A stretch of DNA of 64,000 nucleotides, from positions 38,860-102,859 of the forward strand of contig JAFXJX010000053.1 in assembly GCA_017532025.1 (NCBI GenBank), in the 5' to 3' direction. The DNA comes from Clostridia bacterium (GTDB lineage Bacteria > Bacillota > Clostridia > Oscillospirales > CAG-272). Position numbers and translations under genes: made by a program. Under the pieces are notes generated by a model. It worked only from the letters and a program-made list of their open reading frames with translations. It searched no databases and was not told where the DNA came from. Positions 48,859 to 57,799 of this stretch are shown piece after piece (within the stretch, counting starts at the first letter, position 1; each line of letters opens with the position of its first letter).

Positions 48859-48978
48859 AAGTATTCTCCTTTTTTCTATATCATGTTTCTTTATGCCGTG
48901 ATAGCCACAGCAATGCAATTACATCCAAAACAAGTATTACAAATAGAAATTTTTTCATTTACGCCTCCTTTCTAAACG

Positions 48979-50280
48979 TCAGGAAAATTCAATCTTTTTG
49001 AGTTCACCGGTTTTGGAATAATAAATCGTAATCCAGGCAAGGTCTCCCTCTTTGTTGTAAACAAGCCAAAGCAAACCTTCACCAAACGCTTTAGGATGAT
49101 AGTCCCAACTGATCGACTTGAATTTCTTCGTGTTCATATTATACTCCATAACACCGTGTTCATCAGGATCATAATACGTTCCATCCTCCGGAGCAGATCC
49201 CAGATAATACGCCTTGTTTCCCACAACGTGCAAGAACGTATCACTAAACCAACATTGCGTAATCATTGTATAATCACTTCCGTTGGTTTTCATCGAAGCA
49301 AGGTTTAGGAAATGATCATTAAACTTATCTCTCGACAAGAGATAAAGCTTCGAATTAGCAAGCGCAAGATTTCTGACGTCGGTATTTTCATGCAACACCT
49401 TTTTTTGACTGCCTCCATACGGAGTGCGGCATACCGTTATTTTGTCATCGTAGGTTGTGTGAACATAATATAAGTATTCCCCGTCCGACACAAGATCGCT
49501 AACAGCGCCGTCATGTATCTGAGTGGGCATCCCTCCGTTGATCGAAATGTTATACAGCGGGAACCATTCTTTGCTGTAATTCTTATATTTCCGATCAAGC
49601 GGAAAAGATACGTAATAGATGATATCCTTCACCACCAGCATTTCACTGATGTTAACCGAAACGACGAGCTTTTCAAATTGTTCTCCATCGGTTCTAACCT
49701 TGGCAATATAGCATTTGTCCTGCGTACTTCCCTCGCAGAAAAAGTAGATCCAGTCCCCCACCACGTTAACGTTATGGATGCTTCCCACCAACGCCCGATG
49801 CACTTCTTCCAAATCGCCGCCGTTCATGTTGACCTTGTATATTGTATTTTCATGAGAAAAATAAATATATTTGTCTTGTACCGCACAAGCTGTCATACCA
49901 TCGAGCGTTCCCACAAAGTTTGCCTTGCCCGATGCATAATCCCGTTCAAAAAAATTCGGATGCTTTTGATGGCACATCATACAAACAGCGTCAATGTAGC
50001 TGTGCGAAAGCGTCTTTATGCTTTCTTTTTCTTTGTGTCCGCACAAGCAAACACGAACCCTGCTGCCTTCCTTCACACAGGTTGCCTCCACAACCGTCAC
50101 CCATTCACTGTAACTGTGACTATGCAACGTGGTAATTGGCGCAACTTCCGTTTTAGCTTGCGTAGTCGCAGTTGCAGTCGAAATGCTCGCGTTGTTTTCA
50201 TTGTCTCCCGCACCTTCACACGAAATAAGAAGACACGGCAGAAGCAAAAGTAATACAATAAAAAATAAAAACTTTTTCAT
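48979..50280 (-). CDS. lipoprotein with Cys-rich module and DUF5050-like beta-propeller repeats
   Basis: lipobox LLISC; HSYSEW..ATCVKEGSRVRVCLCGH module; repeated xIYFxx...DGxxxxxL blades; start ATG 50280. Confidence 0.6.
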   Translation of the reverse strand: MKKFLFFIVLLLLLPCLLISCEGAGDNENNASISTATATTQAKTEVAPITTLHSHSYSEWVTVVEATCVKEGSRVRVCLCGHKEKESIKTLSHSYIDAVCMMCHQKHPNFFERDYASGKANFVGTLDGMTACAVQDKYIYFSHENTIYKVNMNGGDLEEVHRALVGSIHNVNVVGDWIYFFCEGSTQDKCYIAKVRTDGEQFEKLVVSVNISEMLVVKDIIYYVSFPLDRKYKNYSKEWFPLYNISINGGMPTQIHDGAVSDLVSDGEYLYYVHTTYDDKITVCRTPYGGSQKKVLHENTDVRNLALANSKLYLLSRDKFNDHFLNLASMKTNGSDYTMITQCWFSDTFLHVVGNKAYYLGSAPEDGTYYDPDEHGVMEYNMNTKKFKSISWDYHPKAFGEGLLWLVYNKEGDLAWITIYYSKTGELKKIEFS

Positions 50281-50308
50281 AAAAACCCTTTCCTCGTCTA
50301 TCAAAAGA

Positions 50309-51811
50309 CTATTCATCCCTGTGCTGATAGGTAATCTCGCACGAAATACCGCTCATCTGCTTACTGTTGGTATCAAGCGTAAGTGAATCGCCTTTAACAA
50401 TAAAACAACTTACCGAACGAAACGGATTATGAAAAAAACTACCGTCCCATTCAAATGCACCTTCGGGCAAAGCGGTAATTCCGTCAGAAATAATGACAGT
50501 CGTGACCTCTTGAATAAATTGACTTTCTCTGTACAAGGGATACTTACCATTCGCCAAACCGGATACATCTCCCTCACCGTATATCACAAGCGTTCTCTCC
50601 TGTTCTTGGTTCGCCGTACCCGTTATATAGTATTTTACCTCAGTGCCGTCACTTGTATAATTGTTGGAAACGTAGTTATGCTCGCACACTTCTAAGCCAC
50701 ACCGCGAACAGCATAGTCCCTTGTCGCCGTTTTTCAAAAAAATATGCTTCTCATTTGCTGCAAGGGTATTTCCAAGATAGCCTTTGCCACATTGGCAAAT
50801 CATCAAAACATATCCATCCTGCCCGCAGGCTGGCTCGATCGTATAAGGACTATAGGTATGCTCATTCGTCATGGGAATGATTTCTTGCTGTACCATTACT
50901 TTACCGCAGTTCAAACAGTGCGAGCCCTCGGTCAACCCCACGGTACCGCAAGTCGGCAATACAAGGTCATCCTTCACCGCGCTGTGAGAAAGCTTTTCAA
51001 GCGTAACCTTCCTAACGTCACGGCAAATATCGCATCTTCTGACGACCTTTCCCTCCTGTATACAACTCGCTTCTATCTCAACCGATAAATCTCTGAATCT
51101 GTGTTCACATTCGTTAACCGAGTGAGAAGCGGCGAACATGCTCAAAGGAATACTCAAAAAACACAAAGCAAGCAAAATCGTCTTGAATGCTCTCTTTTGC
51201 AATCGCTTGATTTTTGAAAACAGAATATACATAAGTGACGGAATAAAAGTAAGCAATGTCAACAAAAGAAAAACGCCGTTGACAATCGGGTTATCATACA
51301 ATAGATATGATACAAGTGCGATACCCACACTCAATAAAAACGGTAGCCAAACAACAAGAAAGAAACAAGCACCCTTAATAACAGCTTTTATCTGCGTGCC
51401 AAGCTTTGGCTTTTCGGTCTTTTCCGCGTGTACAATAACAAGTGGCTTGGAAAGCTCTCTTGCAATCTCACCAACCGTATAAACCGTATGTTCGTTCAAA
51501 GAAGAAAGTGCCGACATCTTTTTTTGACTTGTGGAAAGCTCTGCACGCAACCTCTCTTTCACACTTTGAATAATCGAAAGACTACTCGATGGATCTTTTA
51601 AGATTTGTCTGATTTCCTCAATCGAGAAATCAAAACTCCTCAGCACGGCAATATCCTTAAGATGTGAAATATCCTCCTCCGTAAAATCGAATGACTTTCT
51701 CCCGAGATAATTCTCGGTGAACGCAGGCGATATAAGCCCTTCTTCAATATAGTAGCGTATCGTTCTGTCGGTAAGTCCTGTTCGCTCACAAACAGTCTTT
51801 ATCTTCATCAT
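50309..51811 (-). CDS. membrane-spanning MerR-family regulator with an extracytoplasmic Cys-rich repeat domain
   Basis: N-terminal MerR HTH (IKTVCERTGLTDRTIRYYIEEGLI), coiled coil, three TM helices (aa ~147-228), then three CxxxG..CxxCG modules. Confidence 0.7.
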   Translation of the reverse strand: MMKIKTVCERTGLTDRTIRYYIEEGLISPAFTENYLGRKSFDFTEEDISHLKDIAVLRSFDFSIEEIRQILKDPSSSLSIIQSVKERLRAELSTSQKKMSALSSLNEHTVYTVGEIARELSKPLVIVHAEKTEKPKLGTQIKAVIKGACFFLVVWLPFLLSVGIALVSYLLYDNPIVNGVFLLLTLLTFIPSLMYILFSKIKRLQKRAFKTILLALCFLSIPLSMFAASHSVNECEHRFRDLSVEIEASCIQEGKVVRRCDICRDVRKVTLEKLSHSAVKDDLVLPTCGTVGLTEGSHCLNCGKVMVQQEIIPMTNEHTYSPYTIEPACGQDGYVLMICQCGKGYLGNTLAANEKHIFLKNGDKGLCCSRCGLEVCEHNYVSNNYTSDGTEVKYYITGTANQEQERTLVIYGEGDVSGLANGKYPLYRESQFIQEVTTVIISDGITALPEGAFEWDGSFFHNPFRSVSCFIVKGDSLTLDTNSKQMSGISCEITYQHRDE

Positions 51812-51829
51812 GATCCCCCCTTTTCAAGA

Positions 51830-51860
51830 ATTTTACATTTTAACGCAAGGTAAAAGTCAA
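51830..51860 (-). promoter_or_regulatory. candidate MerR-type promoter with a 19-bp spacer
   Basis: TTGACT - 19 nt - TAAAAT; the spacer contains the imperfect dyad TTTTAC-CTTGC-GTTAAAA; -10 lies 18 nt from the ATG. Confidence 0.4.
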
Positions 51861-51920
51861 TAGTTTTTTTCAATTTTTTTATTTCTTTTGTCATTATAAC
51901 ACCATTTAAACACAAACACA

Positions 51921-51958
51921 ACACAACAAACCCGCGCCAAGCTTCGCTTAGCGCGGGT
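51921..51958 (-). terminator. rho-independent terminator after the 1000-aa gene
   Basis: stem ACCCGCGC/GCGCGGGT followed by a T-rich tract on the minus strand. Confidence 0.6.
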
Positions 51959-51974
51959 AATTTGTTAGTTTTGC

Positions 51975-54953
51975 CTATTTTTGATAGTAGATAAACTTTT
52001 GTGTCGAATGCAAGAGCTTCTCTGCCATGTCGCGCACAAGCTGCTCTTTGTTTGAAAGGTCATAATCACTCCAAAAAGCAAGTGTAATTTCGGTTTCCTC
52101 AAACACGGTATAATCGTTCAAGAACTTTTGATACTCTTCATCATACTTGGATTTTTCAACACGCTCACCCATGTAAAAGTATTGATTCGGGTTATTCAAC
52201 GAATCCCCCACACCAAACAATTCTTTTGTTTCAAGCTTCTTCGTTTCAAGGTCGTTCAAATTTGATAAAAGTTCAAGTCTATTAGATCGCCCTCTGATCG
52301 ACCCCTCTGCCAACACAACGTAGTCATCCCCCACCTTGGCAACAGTCAGACGAAGGCTCATTCCGTCTCCCCCAAAGCCTGCCCCGTCGTAAAACCATAT
52401 TGGCTCTTTGGGGTTCTTCAGATTATAGATATGAACCCAAATATTTCCCATCGATCCACCGGGATATGCCACAAGCGCCTCAGGCGTGTTGTCAAAATTC
52501 AGATCCATCAGCCCAACGGCATAACTGCCGGGAATGCTGTTTTCGGGCTCCCAAATATCGAGTTGCGAAAGGAGTGTAATCAAGTCTTCCTTCCATGTGT
52601 TTCTAACATCATACGAAAGAAACGATACGCCATCCGGTGCAGTATTTGTACCGGGAATGATCACCTTACCGGTAATCTTATCAATCCAGATCCAATCGAT
52701 CGTTGACAAATGACTATCCATAACCAACTTGCGAAGATGTACAACGTAAACCGAAGAGGGCGCTTTAGAATCGTAGCCAGTGATAAGGCTTAATTCATTT
52801 TTTTCAAGAGCAAAGTCATGCCAATAGTCTTTCGCAATCACCAAAGCTTCGGAGGGTGAAACCCGATTCTCCCACAAATCTTTGGATATAAATTCAACCT
52901 TAATATTGGGATTTTTCTCGAAATAACGATTTCTCTCTTCTATGCTTACCTGTTCGCCCTTGATATAATAACTCCACTCATCTGTTTCCGAATCATAAAC
53001 GTCTTTCCAGAGTTCTTGTTCTTTCACCTCTGTGCCATCAAAAGACAGTTTGTATCCTGTGATCACATGACCTGCTTGATCATGTCCGCAGATAGTGCCG
53101 TCGGTAAACAAGGCGTGCATCTGTTTGATAGAAAATTCATACAGATACACCTTGCCCTGATCATAGCGCAATATGATATAATTATAAGAGTTGATCGCCA
53201 ATTCGCAGATATCATCGCCATCCACGTCAATCAAGGCATATGAATTTGATGGGAATTCGCCAAAAGGCTTAAAATACTCCCACATAACGTAATCCTTCAA
53301 ATACACCGCTTGATCTTCTTCACCAAATCGACCGTATGTCACCTTAATCTCGTTGTTCAGCGCCGCCTCAAACACTTGTTCAATCGTATCATCCAGATGA
53401 AACAAAGGGATCATGGAAAGCCCCGCCTTCTCCTTGGTTGCTTCAGCTCCCGCTTCATAACCCAAGTACTTGCCGTACTCTTCTTCAAGCGCGTTGCATT
53501 CGGCTTCAGTAATACGAACCTTTTCGCCGTTTACCAATTTGTAATAGATCGTCACAGCCTCGTCACCGATCCACTCGGTACCGTTCGTGCCGAATCCTGC
53601 AATCACCTCAAACGATGCACCGCCAGTGGCAATCTTATAAACCGTATTGTGCGAATAATCCGCACCGCCGCTTCCGTTGATATGAAGCCATCCGTTTTCA
53701 TCAATCCAGCAGCTACCGCGCGGTTGATAATCTCCTAATAGCACAGGCTTTCCGTCAGCCATTGAAAAGATAGCAATCATAATATACTCATCGGTCATAA
53801 GCACAAGCTCGTCTATACCGTCACGGTTCAGATCTTTGTAGGAATACCGAAAAGAAAGCTTGTAGTGCACAGAATTATGATCTTCTTCCCCCCTGCCGGG
53901 ATGGAAGAGAAACAACGAATCATAAATCCTAAAAAACCAATCCTTTTCGGTTGTCATCGAAGCGCCGAATAACGCCGTAGCAAGCTCATTTCTCTTGTCG
54001 TTTTCAAAATCAATTTCATTGATGGCAGTACGGCATAATCTGAGAATCGAATCATACGATGTAAAATGGCTGAAAGCAGGAACGGTAATGCCATCCGGAA
54101 ACAAAGACACAAAGCTAAGCCCTGCTTGTTCCTTGGTTGCTGCCGCACCATCCTGTGAGCCCAAATATTTGCCGTACTGTTCTTCAAGCGCAACAAATTC
54201 CGCTTCGGTAATTTCTTTCTTCTCGCCTCTTATCAGCTGATAATATGTCTGATCACCCGTGCCAAATTCAGCAACGAGATCAAGCGAAGCGCCACCTGCG
54301 GCAATCTTGTAAATCGCATTGACAGAATGATCCGCGCCGTTGCTTCCGTTTTCGTGAAGCCATCCATTGGCATCAATCCAAGCAGAGTCTCGCTGTTCAT
54401 ACGCACGAAGCAGTACAGGCTTGCCGTTTACCGTTGAAAAAACAGCGCCTACTGTACAAGCTTCATCCATCAGCACAAGCTCGTCCACACCGTCATGGTT
54501 CAAATCTTTGATCGCGTATCCCAATAACAACTTATTCTCGGGTGTGGTGCGATTGCGATAAAGGTACGAGAGTGCATAATAAATTTCCAAAAACCACTCT
54601 TTTTCAGTCGAATCTTCAAGTCCGAACAAGCCGTCAGCAAGTCCTCGCGGATTCTGATTCACCGTATCCAAGCTGTAAACAACCGTGCGGCACAAATTGA
54701 GAATCGATTCGTAGCTCGCAAAGTGTTCCGAAACTTGTTCCTCAGGCTTTTGATCATCGGTCGTGTCCTTGCCAAGTGTTGTTGTCGTAGTAGTAATCAG
54801 TTGTTCCGCTTTCTCCTCGGTAGATGTTACAACTGCCGACGAAGTGCTTGCTCCCTCACTTTGAGAAGGTGTATCGTTTGTATTCTTAATGCTGCAATAA
54901 CACAGCAAAAGCAAGATATCTATAACCATAATTACAATCAGTATTTTCTTCAT
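51975..54953 (-). CDS. large (~990 aa) membrane- or lipid-anchored repeat protein with FG-GAP/VCBS-like DxDxDGxxEL motifs
   Basis: N-terminal signal/anchor; Thr-rich linker; two ~215-aa tandem repeats and further degenerate copies; start ATG 54953 (GGGAG SD) or TTG 54977 overlapping the upstream stop. Confidence 0.7.
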   Translation of the reverse strand: MKKILIVIMVIDILLLLCYCSIKNTNDTPSQSEGASTSSAVVTSTEEKAEQLITTTTTTLGKDTTDDQKPEEQVSEHFASYESILNLCRTVVYSLDTVNQNPRGLADGLFGLEDSTEKEWFLEIYYALSYLYRNRTTPENKLLLGYAIKDLNHDGVDELVLMDEACTVGAVFSTVNGKPVLLRAYEQRDSAWIDANGWLHENGSNGADHSVNAIYKIAAGGASLDLVAEFGTGDQTYYQLIRGEKKEITEAEFVALEEQYGKYLGSQDGAAATKEQAGLSFVSLFPDGITVPAFSHFTSYDSILRLCRTAINEIDFENDKRNELATALFGASMTTEKDWFFRIYDSLFLFHPGRGEEDHNSVHYKLSFRYSYKDLNRDGIDELVLMTDEYIMIAIFSMADGKPVLLGDYQPRGSCWIDENGWLHINGSGGADYSHNTVYKIATGGASFEVIAGFGTNGTEWIGDEAVTIYYKLVNGEKVRITEAECNALEEEYGKYLGYEAGAEATKEKAGLSMIPLFHLDDTIEQVFEAALNNEIKVTYGRFGEEDQAVYLKDYVMWEYFKPFGEFPSNSYALIDVDGDDICELAINSYNYIILRYDQGKVYLYEFSIKQMHALFTDGTICGHDQAGHVITGYKLSFDGTEVKEQELWKDVYDSETDEWSYYIKGEQVSIEERNRYFEKNPNIKVEFISKDLWENRVSPSEALVIAKDYWHDFALEKNELSLITGYDSKAPSSVYVVHLRKLVMDSHLSTIDWIWIDKITGKVIIPGTNTAPDGVSFLSYDVRNTWKEDLITLLSQLDIWEPENSIPGSYAVGLMDLNFDNTPEALVAYPGGSMGNIWVHIYNLKNPKEPIWFYDGAGFGGDGMSLRLTVAKVGDDYVVLAEGSIRGRSNRLELLSNLNDLETKKLETKELFGVGDSLNNPNQYFYMGERVEKSKYDEEYQKFLNDYTVFEETEITLAFWSDYDLSNKEQLVRDMAEKLLHSTQKFIYYQK

Positions 54954-54973
54954 TGTCCACTCCCTGTTCTTTC

Positions 54974-55660
54974 TCAAATCTTTTCCGTTTTGCCCACTTT
55001 GGCATCCGGATGGATTTCCACGATTTCGCTGTACTGAACAAGATCAATATCACAGCCACCGCCAATGGCAACCACTCGCCCGGTCACACGCGGACAAGTA
55101 ACGTATTCAAGCGCAATCTCGTCACCCTCAACGGAGGACGTAACAGCCACAGTTGCTATTCTGCTTTTGCAAAGCGAGGCAAACAACGAAAGCCGCTTGA
55201 TCGGTTTTATGGGATTTTTCGAAAAAACAACAATTTTAGAGCCGCCAATATTTCCAATCTGCATTCCCGTATCAAATTTAATTTCAACATCTTCGGCATT
55301 CAGCAGTCCTTCGCAGTTGATCGCGCCATGAATCATGATCGTTTCCGCTTCCACGTCGCCACCAACCTTCATCGCACCCGAAACCGATAGTTCGTCGCAT
55401 TTTACACTTTCTCCGCATTTTACACTTCCCGAAACAGCAATGCGTTTTGACTTTATATTACCCGAAAATGTAGCACTACCCGACACCTTAAACCTATCGG
55501 AACACACAATCGTCTCCCCTTTCACCGAACCCGATGACGAAAACGAAACACAACGCACCGTTCCGCAAAGACGGCCGCTGCCACTGATTGCAATCTCGTT
55601 ATACTCTCCTGCAGGAACTGTTCCGCTTCCCGACAAATTCATATTCATCTCATCATTCAT
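54974..55660 (-). CDS. bactofilin-like polymer-forming cytoskeletal protein (YhbE/YhbF-like)
   Basis: repetitive beta-helix pattern ISGSG..VSGS..VSGS..VSGA; 4-nt overlaps with both neighbours. Confidence 0.6.
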   Translation of the reverse strand: MNDEMNMNLSGSGTVPAGEYNEIAISGSGRLCGTVRCVSFSSSGSVKGETIVCSDRFKVSGSATFSGNIKSKRIAVSGSVKCGESVKCDELSVSGAMKVGGDVEAETIMIHGAINCEGLLNAEDVEIKFDTGMQIGNIGGSKIVVFSKNPIKPIKRLSLFASLCKSRIATVAVTSSVEGDEIALEYVTCPRVTGRVVAIGGGCDIDLVQYSEIVEIHPDAKVGKTEKI

Positions 55661-56040
55661 ATACGTCCTCCCACAATATCGTTTGTAATATCCTTTTGAT
55701 TTCCGTTTCCATAATCTATCATAACTGACCTAATTTCATTCAAATAAAACCTTTTAGGACCGAACACCGTGTCAAGAATGATCACCGTATTCTTTTCTGA
55801 CTCAGACGAAAACACGTTCGAAAGCTCTTCAAGTGATATTTCATCCTTCTGTTTTTGAATCAAATCCATACGTTCGCATATCAGATCGCGCGGAAAAAAG
55901 GTCTCCTGCCCCGTAACTGTTGGCTTTTTCATAAACCACTCCTCGGGAATTAAGCCCTTTCGCTTCCATCGATAAAGCGCACCATACGATATTTCATACA
56001 TTTCAAGAAGTTCTTTTTTTGAAATAAGATCGTGTTCCAT
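55657..56040 (-). CDS. DUF4004 (YhbD-like, MerR-like HTH) protein
   Basis: [32 protein letters not shown]...TGQETFFP resembles B. subtilis YhbD; start ATG 56040 with GGAGGA SD. Confidence 0.65.
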   Translation of the reverse strand: MEHDLISKKELLEMYEISYGALYRWKRKGLIPEEWFMKKPTVTGQETFFPRDLICERMDLIQKQKDEISLEELSNVFSSESEKNTVIILDTVFGPKRFYLNEIRSVMIDYGNGNQKDITNDIVGGRI

Positions 56041-56055
56041 AAGATCCTCCATAGC

Positions 56056-56103
56056 GTAACATTGTTACGAATATATATTAACATAACATTGTTACGTTGT
56101 AAA
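56056..56103 (-). promoter_or_regulatory. promoter TTTACA-17-TAATAT with two GTAAC-ATT-GTTAC palindromic operators
   Basis: palindromes at 56056-56068 and 56083-56095, centres 27 bp apart; one lies in the promoter spacer, the other between -10 and the SD. Confidence 0.55.
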
Positions 56104-56124
56104 GGGATTTTATAAAAAATCCAC

Positions 56125-56158
56125 AAAAAAAATGGAGAGCCAAAACTCTCCATTTTTT
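56125..56158. terminator. terminator after the ROK-like gene
   Basis: A8-ATGGAGAG-loop-CTCTCCAT-T6 hairpin. Confidence 0.75.
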
Positions 56159-56173
56159 GTAAAAGGTTTTATA

Positions 56174-57562
56174 TCAGTTGTTGATACTGGGAAGACTTGC
56201 AGCCGCAATAGACTGACCTACGCGACGGCTACTCTCATCGGGAAGATGAATGGTAACCTTCTCTGCCAACTCAGGGAATTCCTCTGCAAGAACCTTCTGC
56301 GCGTTCTTATGAAGAATACTTCCGCCTTCACCGGAGGATACGCGTCCCATCAGAAGCACGTGCTTAATATCGTAGAAGATGGCATAATAAGCAACGGCAT
56401 ATCCGAAATATGCACCGATGGTCTCGTAGATCTTTGCCGCACGCTCATCGCCTTCAGCCATCAGCCCCTGAACAACCTTAAGCTTTTCGGCGGGAGATGC
56501 GTTCTCGTCAAGCTCAATTCCCGCAGCGGGAGCAAGCTTGATAACAGAATCCTGAGAGAAATACTTCACGCCGCAGCCGTAGTCACCCGACCACTCGTCA
56601 ACCATAGCCGCCTTGTTGTAGTCGGCAGGTACAAACGCAAGCTCGTTGAGCCAACCCGTGATATTGCCGTTTCCGTCAACGTATCCGCCAGCTTCACTTG
56701 TTCCCATGGCAACGCCGAGAACGTTGGTATCATCAAGGTCCATAGCACCTGCAAGGGCTGTAACGTCACCGTCATTTGCTACCTCGATCGGAACGTTTCC
56801 AAGCTCTTTGGCAATATCGGTGTAAATATTCTTAACAACCTTCTCAAAAGCCTCGGGGTTCTCGTTCTTTACTTTGAGGAAGAGCGAAGATGTCATAATG
56901 CGGTTTCCGATAACAACGCCTGCAGTGGATACACCGATTGCGTCAACTCTCGGCATCTTGGAAGCTGCCGTCTTCATCGCATCCATAATGCCTTCATAGT
57001 GATATTGGGGATCATTCTGAAGCTTCGGGAACCAAACGACTTCTTCGGAGTATGTAGCCTCACCTTCAATAACAGCGCTTACCTTGCGGTCGCTTCCTCC
57101 TGCATCAAAGCCGATACGACAGCCGTCAAGATGACGTCCGACAGGTGCTGCGGTTTCGTTAGCGGCGGGCGCTTGTTCAAAAGGAACATGAACAACCTCA
57201 AACGGAGCCTCATAAACTTCGGACATAAACTTGCTATCAAACGCGCGAATTCCCGTTTCGGAGTAATCTGCCTTTATTTTATTTGCAATAACCTCAGAGC
57301 CTGCGATGATTACCTTATAACCGCCGCGTATCCAAAGAAGCGTTTTCACAAGTCTCTCAACGAACTCGTGATTCTCCTCGTCGTGTCCCGTGCCATCCTT
57401 AAATACCTCAACGGTAAATACAGAGAGAAGGCCGTCGTTTCTCTCAAGTCCAATGGTCAGTTTCTCTCCGCCTTCAGCCTTTACTGCTGCTTCGAAATCG
57501 CGGTAAACTACCGACATCGGCATAAAACCGGGATCAAGTGGTGCTTTTACTTTAAGATTCAT
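56174..57562 (-). CDS. ROK-family (ASKHA) sugar-kinase-like protein with ~130-aa N-terminal extension
   Basis: GFDAGGSD, GVSTAGVV, ANDGDVTALAG, GTSEAGGY phosphate/adenosine-type motifs; specificity unknown. Confidence 0.6.
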   Translation of the reverse strand: MNLKVKAPLDPGFMPMSVVYRDFEAAVKAEGGEKLTIGLERNDGLLSVFTVEVFKDGTGHDEENHEFVERLVKTLLWIRGGYKVIIAGSEVIANKIKADYSETGIRAFDSKFMSEVYEAPFEVVHVPFEQAPAANETAAPVGRHLDGCRIGFDAGGSDRKVSAVIEGEATYSEEVVWFPKLQNDPQYHYEGIMDAMKTAASKMPRVDAIGVSTAGVVIGNRIMTSSLFLKVKNENPEAFEKVVKNIYTDIAKELGNVPIEVANDGDVTALAGAMDLDDTNVLGVAMGTSEAGGYVDGNGNITGWLNELAFVPADYNKAAMVDEWSGDYGCGVKYFSQDSVIKLAPAAGIELDENASPAEKLKVVQGLMAEGDERAAKIYETIGAYFGYAVAYYAIFYDIKHVLLMGRVSSGEGGSILHKNAQKVLAEEFPELAEKVTIHLPDESSRRVGQSIAAASLPSINN

Positions 57563-57768
57563 AATTTCTTTTTCCTTTCTTTATGGTTCTTATCATATTG
57601 ATATTTTGATCAGCAATCATGATACTTGTATTCTTATGTTAGCATATTTCTCCTGTATTGTCAAGAAACATGGGAAATTTATATTCTAATAAAATGAGAA
57701 AAAATCCGTACACTATTCCCTTCGATTTGAACATAGCCTTGCGAGCTTCATGTCAGTAAAACTTGTAC

Positions 57769-57799
57769 AAAAAAACAAGGGAGAGCGAATGCTCTCTCC
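57769..57799 (-). terminator. rho-independent terminator closing the tRNA-like remnant
   Basis: stem GGAGAGAGC/GCTCTCCC followed by T7 on the minus strand. Confidence 0.7.

Noticed and set aside
56132-57601. 489-aa plus-strand ORF
   Set aside because: It lies entirely antisense to the well-supported ROK-family gene, has no SD and a Cys/Arg/Asn-rich composition with no motifs. It is a typical shadow ORF.
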